NCBI GenBank assembly: GCA_963575745.1
Contig: CAUYUJ010000317.1
Coordinates: forward strand, 1-64,000
Direction: 5' to 3'
Source of the DNA: Prorocentrum cordatum
Taxonomy: Eukaryota
DNA: 64,000 bases
Shown: positions 43,401 to 55,060 of the stretch, one piece after another
Numbering within the stretch: position 1 is the stretch's first letter
How the letters are laid out: each line of letters begins with the position of its first letter
Translations under genes and position numbers: made by a program
The notes under the pieces: generated by a model
Database searches by the model: none
What the model saw: only the letters and a program-made list of their open reading frames with translations
Told to the model about the DNA's origin: nothing

Positions 43401-45708
43401 GAAGCTCCCCATGGGGCCGCGGAACGCGTAAGGGATGTGCCGAAATTCGGCCTGGAGAGCATGTGATACCATGCCGCCGAAGCCTTGGGTGCAGCTTCCT
43501 GCGGGGCGACGAAACATGTGAATGGTGTGCCGGAATGGGCGGAAACCGCATGCGATAGCCTGACGATAAAGTCTTCGGTGGAGCCTCCTGCGGGGCCACG
43601 AAACGTTCAGAGAGGTGTTCGGAAAGGAACGGGCTGGCGCTATGCAACACCATGCCACTGGGGCCATCGATGGAGATCCCTGTGGGGCCGCGAAACGTGT
43701 AAGGAGTGTGCCGAAACGGGCGGGGAAACGCTAGCATGCAACACCCAGCAACGGAGGACTTCGGTGGAGCTGGCTGTGGACACTGCACGCTAGACTCTGC
43801 GCCTGTTCGTCCCGCGGGGCGGACTTACGTGGGGCTAGGCGGTGGCGCCGCGGCGCCAACAAGTATATCAAAAATCACATGCTGGCTTAGGGGAGGGTGG
43901 AAGCGGAAGAACCGGCCAGCCGATGCACTCATCCTGTCGATGCCGCTGCCGCTGCACGTAACGTTCCCATTTGAAACAACAGAACAAGATTCGAAATAAT
44001 TGCATGCCAATCCTCTCAAGATCCGTGAGTGTGAACTTTGTCATGGAATCAATCCATATGTTGTTGGGTCGTTGTGGTACATGGTGCAGCCTTTCGGCGC
44101 CAGTTTACAACGTCGTCAGACCGTTGACACGATCAGCTTCCATTGTAAGCGCGGTCGCCGCGTGCAATACACTTCGTACCCCATTTTGGTGCAATCATCT
44201 TCAATGCGCCTTGTCGTGCGCCGAATCCTGTCGACGCACGTGTCGAAAGAACAGGTGAGGGTACGCGAGCTCGACGCCGTGGCCGTGCTACCAGTGCTGG
44301 CGTAAATGTCGCTGCTGCCGGAAAGCTCTTCCTCAGCCGCTGTCTCTGGAACACGGCGTCGTTGTGACCCAAGAACCATTGTGATCATGTACCGCTGTGT
44401 GGACCGCACCCGCGATGGGGCCACGAAACGTCTACGGGGTGTGACCATATGCAACACCATGCCACTGAGGCCTTCGGTGCAGCTCCCAACGAGTCAGGGG
44501 CGCGCCGAGATGGGCGGGGGAACGCGATGCTACACCATGCCACCGAGGCCTTCGGTGGGGCTCGCTGTGGCCACGAAACGTGTGAGGGGTGTGCCAACAT
44601 GGGCATGCGGAGAGCAGAGGAACGAGGCGGGGGAGGAGGAGGAGGAGGAGGAGGAGGAGGAGGAGGAGGAGGAGGAGGAGGAGGAGGAGGAGGAGGAGAC
44701 GCGCGCGCTGCTGATTTAAAACAAGGGTTGGGAATGACCTGCCCCTTGAGTTTTCAGACAGGGCGGCCGCTGCTGAGGTCGCCACGGAGCCGCTGTAAGT
44801 GATGAGCAGCATCTTCGCCGTCTCCTTCTCGGCGGTCCCGCTGACCCCCGCCATGACTGACAGATTAATCATGCAGGAAGGCCGTGGTCCAGCCACAGAC
44901 GAGATCAATAGCAGGGACACGAAGTAAGGATGTCATGGACGACCATCGACGTCCGCGGCATCCTTACCGACGCCCACTGCTGGACCTCCACGGTACGTCC
45001 ACAGCAAGAGGACGTTAGCACTCCACGGACCCCGGGACCGTCCCGCCCCCGAGTCGAGGCGGATGGAGGATCGATGGACATCGATCGTCCCTCGATCAGC
45101 CATGGGTCCCTGCATGGTCGGTGGACGTCGGCAGACGATCGAGGGAGGCTCGATGGACGCCCTGTGGGCGTTCTTCCTGAACGTCCACGGCGCGTCCACG
45201 GCGCGTCCACGGGGCCAGCGGACGCCTGTGCCGACGCGGCCGCGGCGGCGAAGGGGCCGCCGGAGGCCTGGAGCGCAGAGAGAGCGGGCCCAGAGCGGCA
45301 GGGGCGCACGGGGCAGCCCCGACGAGGCGCTGCTCCCGCGCAGCCGGTCCCGGCTTTCTGATCGCCCCGTGCTCCTCGGGGATCTGCGGACCCGGGTCGA
45401 TCCAGGCCCGGGCCAGTCAGGCATTGCAGGAGTCGGAGAAATCCTGCAAGGCCCTGCAGGATCCTGCACCCAGATCCAGGTCAGTGCAGCCCTGGTTCTG
45501 CAGGATCCTGCAAGATCCGGCGCTCTGGCTGACCCCCGTTTGCAGCGACCCCCGTCTCTTGAGCACCGAGATCCTCCCCGCTTCGGCCCACCGGCGACAG
45601 CATACGACCGTCTTCAAGTGAGCTACCAGGAAGACCAGTGGACAGAGAGGGAGGGATAGACAAGGAAACGAGAAGAAGAAGAAGACGAAGAAGGCGAAGA
45701 CGATGAAT

Positions 45709-45739
<31 letters not shown>

Positions 45740-48700
45740 AGGCGAGCACCGCTGCCGACAAGCTCCTGGTCTACTTAGGTGACACGTAGGGCGTAACTGC
45801 CTCGAGTGGGGCACTGCTGCCCCCCGTGGAGAGCAGGTGCGCCTTGAGCAGCGGAAGCGACGACGACGACGACGTCGACGACAACCCGCTCCTCAAAACT
45901 TGGCGCCCTGGCCTCTCCTGGGGTGCGCAAATCCTCGAGGCGCGTCCGGGCGGCGTCGGGGAGCTGCACGGTTACCCCGGGGCCGTAGGCGACCCGAGGA
46001 GGAGGAGGAGGAGGAGGAGAAGGAGGAGGAGGAGGAGGTGGTGGAGGAGGAGGAGGAGGAGGAGGAGGAGGAGGACGAGGAGGAGGAGGAGGAGGAGGAG
46101 GAGGAGGACGACGGGTCGCCTAAGCCCTTCGGAACAAACCTCCACGGGGAGCCTCCAGGAGGCTCGGCAAGGGCGAAGATCGCCCGCACACCTCGAGCCT
46201 CGGTCCTCGGTGGCCGCGCCACGTCAAGCTCCAGTGGCCCACCGAGGTCGCTGGAGATTCCAGCTCGGGCGTCGCTTAATGGGGGAGGGGCGATAGTAGA
46301 TGGGGTGACGAGGAAGGTGCACTGCTCGGGACCTGAAGGCCCCCTTTGGGGCCCCAAAGGGCCCCTGTAGGGGGTCTCGGAGGGTCCCTTTTCGGCAGCC
46401 CTCGCTGCCCCCCCATGTACCGACCCCCCATTACGCGACGCTAAACCTGCAGGCCTCAGGAGGCTTCTGGAGGCCCGAGTAAAGAAAGTAGAACAGGTCG
46501 GAAAGCCTCGATCCTCGATCCTCGAGCCTACTGTTCCCTCCCAGAAGACACACGTCCTCCTCGTCGTCGTCCTGGAACCCCGTCCTCCTTGTCCTCCTCG
46601 TCCTCGTCCTCGCAGATCCTCGTGGAGCCCACCGACAGCACGGTCAAAGGGGGGCGACGGCGCTGGACCGCGGCCTCCCCCGTGGGCGGCCCTGCAGTCT
46701 GCATCATGCCGACCATCAGGATCGCACTGTCCGTCACGCCGCACAGGCCCCTGGAGGGGGGGGCAGACGAGAACAGGAGGGAGGTGGAGAAGAAAGGGGG
46801 GGCGAAGAGGGAGGAGAGAGAGAAGAGATGAGGGGCGAAAAGGGGGGGAAGAGGGAGGAGGAGAAGAGAAGGAGGGAACATAGGAAAGATGGACCGCGAC
46901 AAGGCAGGAGGGAGGAAGGGATGGAGGAGGGACAGGGGGGGACAAGGGAGGAGGGGGAATGGAGGAGGCGGGAAGGCGAGGCGGAGGGGGAGGAGCTGGG
47001 AGGGAGCCTGTTAAGGAGCTGGGGCAAGCAGAGGGAGGGGGGAAGGAGGAAGCGGGGTAGGGGGGCACAGGAGGGCGTAAGGGCAGGGAGGAGCACGGAG
47101 GAGCAGGGAGAAGAACGAGAGGAGAGAAAGGCTGGGCCCGGGGCGCCGGCGCGGGAAGAAGCTCGGAAGAGGCAGGCGAGAGAAGGGGAGAGGGGACAGG
47201 AAGCGGAGAAGGCGGAGGAGGAGGAAGGAGGAGGAGGAGGAGGAGGAGGAGGAGGAGGAAGGAGGAGGAGGAGGAGGAGGAGGAGGAGGAGGAGAGGAGG
47301 AGGAGGAGGAGGAGAGGAGGAGGAGGAGGAGGGGAGGAGGAGGAGGAGGAGAGGAAGGAGGAGGTGAGGAGGAGGGGGGAGAGGGAGGAGGGGAGGAGGA
47401 GGAGGAGGAGGAGGAGGAGGAGGAGGAGGAAGAGGAGGAGGATCAGGAGCAGGAGCAGAGAGAGGGGCGCAGGGAGGCGAGAAGAAGGAAGGAGGAGAGG
47501 CAGAGGGACGTAGCGTCCCCCCGCCCTGCACACCTACAGTGGGAGCTCGACCACAAGAAGCCTTCCACAAGAAACCGAACCTTGAGACCCCAGGACGTCC
47601 ACTGCTTTCTGGCGTAGGAACGTCACGCTTTCCAAGTAGAACCGCCGAACCACGGCACCCTGGAGGCAAGCAGGGTGTTTCTTGGCAGGGGTTTCCACGG
47701 TACCGAACCTCTAAGAACTGGAAGAGCTGCTTCAGAAAGTCTGCTCACCCGCGAGCTGCAGGGCGTCCGCGAAGAAGGAGTAAGGGAAAGAGGATGAAAG
47801 GAAGGGCCGGAGTAGATGGCGCCTCCCGCCTCGCTTGTCCGCTCGGGCGGCCCAGGCTGCCGAGAAAGCTCTGCAGCGACTGGGAAGGTCCTTGAAGGTC
47901 TGGAGATGGGCCCAGGGGGGGACGCATCGACCCCGAAGGTACGACAGGCTCTGCGCTGCCACTGCAGGCTGGAGTCTGGTGCATCCCGTGGCCTGGCAGC
48001 TGCACTCCGCGAGGCTGGTCGTCCTGGCCCCGCAGCTGGCAGCCCGCACGTGCCGAGGGACGGCCGGAGCAGCCAGCGAGGGCGCAGAGGGCACTCGAGC
48101 AGAAGCGAAGGGGGCCGGACTCCTGGGGCCCTGGCCCTGCGCGCCCGCCCGAGGCGACGAGCATCGGCGGCGGCAGGCGCCGCGGGCGGGGGCGGGGGGG
48201 GGGTCATCGTCTGCGCCCACAGCAGGGAGTCTCAAGGGGGAGCGACAGGGGGGGGGGGGGGAGCCAGCTCGGGGGGGAGGGGCATCGAGTCCGAATCGGC
48301 GATGAGTACGTCGCCGGTGCGCCGGCGAAGGGAGGAGGGGGGAGGGGCGGGGAGGGGAGAGAAAGTGCAGGGGGGGAGGGGCGGGGAGGGGGGGAGGGGC
48401 GGGGAGGGGAGGGAGAGTGCGGGGGGGAAACGCCACGAGGGCGAGCGGCTCTCGGGGGGGCGCGGAGGGGCACGGACCTGGAGCAGGCGCAGCGCGTCCC
48501 CGACAGGCCGGCCCCGGGCCTCCCGGAGCGGAGCCGTGCGCGCCGGGGCGGGGTGGGGCGCGCGGGCTTGCTCGGTCCCTGTCCGGGGCACCCCCTGGGC
48601 TGCTCCACCCCCAGGAAGCCCCCCTGCAGGGCGATGCACGAGGGCTGCTCCCCGCACGAGACCCCCCTGGGCGACTCGAGCGGGAGCCGAGCGGCCGAGG

Positions 48701-51099
48701 CCCCCTGGGCGACTCGACCGCTCGATGAACGGCCGAGAGCCCCGTGGGCGACTCGACCGCCCTGACCGGCAGCCTGGATCCACGACGAACGGGCGACGTT
48801 GTGTCACTGGCCTCCCCCTCTAGGCCAGTCTCCCCCCCTGGCGGCGCCGCTCAGGAAGGGGAAGGGTGAGAGGCCTGGAAGGAAGGGGACGGCCTCGGGG
48901 CCGATGAACGTCCTCCGACGGGCAGAAGTGGGGAAAAGCGCCCCGACTGCAAAAGAACACCGCATCGTCTGAAATCTGGGGAGGTGGATGGGGAAGAGGG
49001 AAGAGGCAAGCTAGGCGCGCTCGCGCCGTCTGTGACATCCTACCACTCCCGTCCATCCCTTCCCAATATGAATATGCTCCTGTACCCGCCGACGTGTCTC
49101 ATGGCAAATCTGGACCTGCCGCATCGTGTTATGCGCAGTCACGAAACGGGAGCAGTGCACAGTGGTGGAGGAGGAGGAGGAGGAAGAGGAGGAGAAGCAG
49201 GAAGAGGAGACGGGGGATGAGGGCAGTGGGGAACGAGGAGTGGTGGGGCAATGGGAGGAGCAGGAGGGGCAGGAGCAGGAGGAGGGAGAGGGGGGCAGGA
49301 AGGGTCCCGGGAGGAGATGTCGGTGGTGGCGGGCCTCAGCACACCGCCCGCCAGCCCGGCGCCGAGCAACGGGCCAGCCACCTCGCCCCCGGGGCAGGCA
49401 GGTAGGAGCAGACGACAGCGGCGGCGGACCCTCCCGGGCGCTGGAGGCCCACACTCACACACACACACACACACTCACTTTTGGCGTCGTGGCCAAGCGC
49501 GCAGCGGCGCGGCGGGGGCAATCGGGCGAGAGAACGCGCGCGACCGGCCCTACGACTACAGATGCGACTACATACCTACTACGACAACTACCATTCGCAC
49601 ACACGCCTCGACTCCGCGGTGCCCTTATCACACCCCCATGCCACGGGCGCGCCCACGCTGTGTCGCTCTCGAGGCCAGGCAGCGCCAGCGCCGTGCGCGC
49701 CGCCGCGGGTGCCGCCGCCGCCGCCGCCGCGGCCGCCGAGGCCCGATGCCGCTGGTGCCGCCGCCGCCGCCGCTGTCGGCCCCCGCCGCCACTGTCGAAT
49801 TCGAGAGCGCCGGCGCCGTCGGCGCACGCCGCCGCCGTCGAAGGCCCGCCGCCGCCGCCGCTGCCGTTGGCGCCGACGCCGCCGTCGAAGGACCGCCGCC
49901 GTCGGAGGCGCCAGCACCGTCGGCGCCCGACGGCCCGCTGGCCTGCCGCAGGGCCAGCACGGCCAGGTGCGCGCCCAGCGGCAGCGGCCGCGCGCCACCG
50001 GGCGCCAGGACGTCGGGCGGGGCCGGCGCGGGCGGCTCGGCGCCTCCAGGCATCGCGGCGCCGATGACGGCTGGCACCATCTTCGCCCGCTCCACGTCCG
50101 CGTCCGCTCCCCTCGGCGGCGGCGCCACCGTCCAGGCCTCGCGCGCGGCAGCGTCGAGCTTCATGCCCAGGGCCATCAGCAGAACCGGCACGCTGCAGCG
50201 GCCGCCGTACGCGACGGCCGCGGTGAGCGGCGCCAGCCCGGCCTCCACCGCAGCCGCGCTGAGCGGGCCCGCCGGGCGCAGGCCGCGCCAGGCGAGGCCC
50301 GCGGCCGCCGCCAGCAGGCAGGCCTTCACCGGCGGGTTGAGGACCTTGGCGCGCCACTCCTGAAACGATATCGCGCCTGTCAGGATGGGGAAGCCGATCC
50401 CCCACCGCGCCATCACCCAGAGCGAGTAGGAGGTCAGGAACAGGAACTCCACGCGCGCGCGCAGCTCCTCGGCGGCGCTCTCGCTGGGCTGCCAGAAGCC
50501 CCGCACGGCGCCAGCGCCCTCGCCCAGCAGCGCGCGGTGCGGCCCGAGCGCCAGCACCAGGGTGAGCGGCACCGCGAAGGAGTTCGGGAAGGCCACGGCC
50601 GTCATGAGGAGCCCCCGGTGCTCGCGGGCCCCGGGCACCGCGAGGGACACCGCGGCGCCGGCGGCGAGGCCGCAGGAGACCACGCAGAGGCACACCACCG
50701 CCAGCGGCCAGATCGAGGCGATGTCGGCCGGCGTGATGTGCGGGGTCATCCTGCTTGGCGGCGCGCACAAAGAGGTGGAGGGAGGGGGAGGGCTTCTTAG
50801 AAGGAGGCTGCTTCTTAGAAGGTGCCGGCCTTGCATCACTAGACAAGGCCCGCGCCTTCTGGGAAGTAGGGGTGCTCCTGATAAGCCATCCCCCCCCCCC
50901 CACACCCCCCTCTGCGCGTGGCTGACCTGCTCAGGATGAGGCAGGGCAAGAACACGGATGTCACGAGCTTGTCCAGCACCTTCTCCGACTCTTCCGTGAT
51001 CGCGCCCTGGCGCCGCGCGTAGACACCGAGCGACGCGCACGCGGCGACGGTGCAGACGGACCTCGCGGACGCGGTGGCCAGCAGCAGCAGGTCGTCCAT
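40444..51099 (-). CDS. Auxin efflux carrier (AEC)/PIN-LIKES-type membrane transporter, 411 aa; exons 50927-51099, 49943-50750, 49335-49381, 46684-46750, 44786-44872, 40444-40497
   Basis: The joined exons total 1236 nt with no stop: MDDLLLLATASARSV..EKVLDKLVTSVFLPCLILSR..AVAFPNSFAVPLTL..KVLNPPVKACL..YGGRCSVPVLLMALG..LALRQ/VAGPLLGAGLAGGVLR/GLCGVTDSAILMVGMMQTAGPP/MINLSVMAGVSGTAEKETAKMLLITYSGS/VVTWVLSTGLFLWVLAG*. This fits the Mem_trans/PILS pattern of two TM halves around a loop. Introns are GT-AG, GC-AG, GC-AG, non-canonical and GT-AG. Confidence 0.88.
41158..42128 (+). mobile_element. Family B TIR-like element inside intron 5
   Basis: GAATCCCACCAGCCC (41158-41172) versus GGGCTGGTGGGGATTC (42113-42128), with an internal CCAAGATGGC-type array. 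The same head occurs at ~19729, 33388 and 59617. Confidence 0.6.
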
Positions 51100-51133
51100 G
51101 GCCGCACACCAGCGGGTGCCCGCTGGGCCTGGC

Positions 51134-51155
51134 CTTGAGCCAAAAAGGCTACAGG
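51134..51155 (-). other. Genomic relic of the dinoflagellate spliced leader
   Basis: The minus strand reads CCTGTAGCCTTTTTGGCTCAAG versus DinoSL DCCGTAGCCATTTTGGCTCAAG (19/22). It ends 34 nt upstream of the ATG at 51099, on the same strand. Confidence 0.9.
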
Positions 51156-51469
51156 GTGACGACAATAACAGGGTTTGGATGACCCAGCTCGGGTTCGAAC
51201 ATGGAGGTGGGCACCCGATAAAGAGGGGCTCCCGCTCAAGACTTCCTCGCGGTTCCCTCACAAACCAGGTTCCCGCTCGAACATTCCTCCGGATTCAGAA
51301 ATGAGGAGGCCAAGAGTGACGGCAGTTACAGGGTTTGGACGATCCCGCTCGGATTCGAACATGGGGGTGGCAAACCAGGCTCCCGCTCGAGGCTTCCTCA
51401 ACATGAGTGTGCGAGCGTGTGTGTGAGTGAGTGAGTGAGTGAGGGAGTAAGTGAGTGTGCATGCGACAA

Positions 51470-51544
51470 TCATGATGATGGTGATGATGATGATAATGGT
51501 CGGTGAGTGGCAATGATGATGACGACGACGATGACGACGACGGC

Positions 51545-51613
<69 letters not shown>

Positions 51614-51965
51614 GATGGTGGTGGCGCTGATGATAATAATGATGATAATGCGGATAATGCTGGTATTAATAATAATATTGCGAATAACATTAATATTAAT
51701 CGTACTGATAATAAGAATAATAAGAAGAAGAAAAAAAAGCAGAACAATGCTGGTAATAATCATAAGAATGAGATTGACAAAAAATAATCATAATATTAAT
51801 AATATTACTAATACTAATAATCATAATGATGGTAGTAATAATAACAACAATAATAGTAATTAGAATGGTATTAATAAAAATAACAATAATAACAAAAATG
51901 ATAATGAGGAGGAGGAGGAGGATGATGACGATGATGATAATGCTGGTGGTGGTGATGACGGTGAG
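51470..51965. repeat. (GAT)n/(AAT)n low-complexity tract
   Basis: Direct inspection. Confidence 0.9.
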
Positions 51966-53089
51966 TATGCTAGGAGGTGAGGAGGTGGGGGGGAGCGAGA
52001 TTATTGCGCGGGGGGGGTGGAAGGGAAAACCATAACCCCAATGGGGATGTGGGGGAGAACCCGCCAGACCTGCCCCATACCTGATGGCATATACCCCCTC
52101 TGACAGAATCCCACTAGGGCTGCAGACAGCTTCCATGACATCCTACCAGGGCTCCTTAACAGCTCAGCCCTCCTGCATCTTAGAATGATCCCCATCAAAG
52201 CTGCTCACGTATCTAATAGCTCCACTGGAGCGCCCTACAGCTCCGAGGCAGATTGCCTGTGCTCTGCCTCAACCACACATGGAATCCGACTGTAGCCCCA
52301 TACAGCTCTGATGGAGTTCTACCACGACTGCATACATATCTATCACGCAATCCTCATCGTGCCATCATACGAATCCCATACAAACCCACCGTGGTTGCCG
52401 AGAGGCACGAGTAGGAACATAAGTGTGTCCCCACAGAGCCCAAATAACAAACGATTAGAGCTGCCGACATCTCCAAGCGCTGCCTGCACGCTGCCTGTAG
52501 CTGGCTGCAGCTCAAACGCACGCCCATGCGAACTACCGCCCGCTCAGGTAGAAAGCTGCATGAGTTACCTACAGCTCTCTTAGAATCCTACCAGGGTTGT
52601 CTACAGCCCATAGAATCCTATTAGATGTACCTGCATTCCCAAAATATGACAACCTAAGCTGTCAAACGTTCTGGGGAGATCCCGTTAGCAGCTGTCCTAA
52701 GCACGCAGAAAATCTGTAAGAAGCCCTTTCAAGCACAGAGAATCCCACGACATCCTTGAATTCCGTCGGGTGTACTCGACCATATCCAAAGTCCCTTGCG
52801 AATCCTGGAGAGCAAATCAAGATGGCGTAGGATGCCCGACAGGTACCGTCGAAATCGATAAGTGTAGCTTGGGCTCCGTAATCGGACAACAACAGCATGA
52901 AGGCATAATTGTGACTATTTGGGGTGCGCTACGACTCCACGGGGTATGCTTCGGACTCTTCTGCTGAATAGTAACAACCACGCGAGTTTCGCGCGCACTT
53001 AGGTTACAGCATGCTCTTGTTGTAGTCTGAAGTGTTCTGCATCGGAGGACATATACTGTCAGGCTCGAAATGTCAGTTGGACTTTCCCC

Positions 53090-55060
53090 TCTTGGTCTTC
53101 TCTTTGGGCAGTTTTAAGTCGTCTTGAGCGCCTCTTGGACCGTCTCGGGGCTCTCTTGGGCCGTCCTGGGGCCCTCTTGGAGGCCTCTTGGGCCATCTCG
53201 GGGCGATCTTTAGGGGCTTTTGGACCGTTTTGGACGCTGGTAAGACAAAAAAACAATCTGTTGAAAATGTTTGTTTCCCTCAGGGATGCAATAATTGTGG
53301 CCTCTTGGGGCCCTCTCGGGGCGCATCTTGGAGCCTTCTCAAGACATGTTCGGGGCCTCTTGACCCGCCTTGAAAAACTATTCGAGTGTGTCCGGCCCTG
53401 TCAGGCCGCTCTGGTCGATCTGGGCGACCTCCAACGCAGTTTGGAGCTGCGGGGGGGAGGGGCCAGGAGGCCCCGAGGGGGTCAATCATGTCGTGGGCCA
53501 AAGAGAATCCGGGAGGGCGTCCCCGCCCGGGCCCAGGCCCCCAGTACCACCAGCAGCACCAGCAGCACCACCAACAGCAGCACCAGCACCAGCACCACTC
53601 TCGCAAGACAGCTTGCGTGACCGCTCCTGGGGTCCTCTTGAAATCCTCCTGGGGCCATCTTGGGATCCTCCAGGAGCGTTCAGGATCCTCGAAGACGGCT
53701 TAGGAGGGCCACAAGAAGGCCGCAGGGGCGTCCAATGGGCCCCAAGAGCAGCCAAGCATTGGTCACACCAGCGTTCTCTCGCGTGACCGCTCTTGTGCTC
53801 CTCTTGAAACCCTCTCGTGGCCTTCTTGGAGCCCCCTTGGGCGATCTCGGGTCCGCTGTAGGGCCGCGTAAACAATTTGTCGAGCCGTTTATGGCCGTGC
53901 GAGGGTCCTCCTAAGGCCACTATAAAGCCGCCTTAAAGGCCTCTGGGGCTCTTTTGGGGAACTCTTGAATCTTGAAGTGGATTGGGGCACTCTTGGGGCC
54001 CCTTAGACAGTGTTGGTGCGAACTTGGAGGCTTATTGGTCCGCCTTGGACCGTCGGAAAGCTGTAAAGGCGAGAGAGCGAAAATCCTGCAAAACCTTTTG
54101 AAAATCTATGACTTTGGCTCGTTGGAGGGCCTCGTAGAGGCCTCGTGGGGACCCCCTGGAGGCATCTTGGGAGCATCTTCGCGCCTCTTCGGGGCGTTTC
54201 AGGGGCCTCTCGGGGCTTCTGGGGGACCTCTCTGGGCGGAGGGCTCGAATGTCTGTTCGGAGCCCCCGTCTGGACCCTCCCCGAAGTCGTTTTGGAAGCC
54301 TCTGGGGCAGTCTTGGAAACCACTTCGGCCGTCTTGGAGGAGCCCTCTCCGGGCGTCTTTGGGACTCTCTTGGGAGACCCTCGGGCAGCATTGTGGTGAT
54401 CTTGGAGGCCTCTTGGCGGCGTCTCGGGCCGCCCTGGAACGTTGGCAAGCCGAGAAAGCGAGAACGCGCAAATCACTCCGAAAGCTCTTGGGAAATTGAC
54501 GAAACTGGTTTTTTGAGGTCCTCTGAGAGGCCTCGCGGAGGCCTCGTGGAGCCGCGCGGAGGCCTCTCGAAAGTCCGGGCCTCTCGGGGGGCCAGTGGGG
54601 GTCTCTCGGAGTTTCCTGGAGGCCTCTTACTGCCGAGGGCTCCAAATGTCCGCTCGGAGCCCCCGTCCAAACCCTCTCTGGGGTCGTATCGGAAGCCTAT
54701 GGGGCCGTCTTGGAAACATCTTGGGCTGTCTTCGAACCGCTTCGGGGTCGTCTTCGAGCTCTCTCGGAGCGTCTTGGGGGTCTTCTGGGAGCTTATTGGA
54801 CGGCATTGGGCCGTCCTTGGCGGTGTCTCGGACCGCCTGGGAGCATTGGGAGCCGAAAAGGCGAGAACACAAAAATCCATCCAAAACCATCAAATCAATG
54901 GGATTTACCTCTTGGGAAGTCTCGTGGAGGCTCTTGGGAGGCCCCCACGAAAACTCTTAGGCAGTACGGTGCCAATTCTGGCCAGTCTGGGGCCGTCATG
55001 GCCCATTTTGGCGGTCACGAAACGCGTTTTCAAGCAACCTGGGGCCGTCTTCGGGTGATT
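53090..55060 (-). repeat. Cluster of degenerate CCAAG(A)-rich interspersed repeats (TCTTGG on +)
   Basis: Same motif family as 19860-20340, 33860-34140, 41290-42050, 59750-60500 and 63590-64000. Confidence 0.8.

Noticed and set aside
49628..51109. Treating the 493-aa ORF as the full transporter
   Set aside because: It reads through intron 1 and into intron 2. The true N- and C-termini are in other exons.
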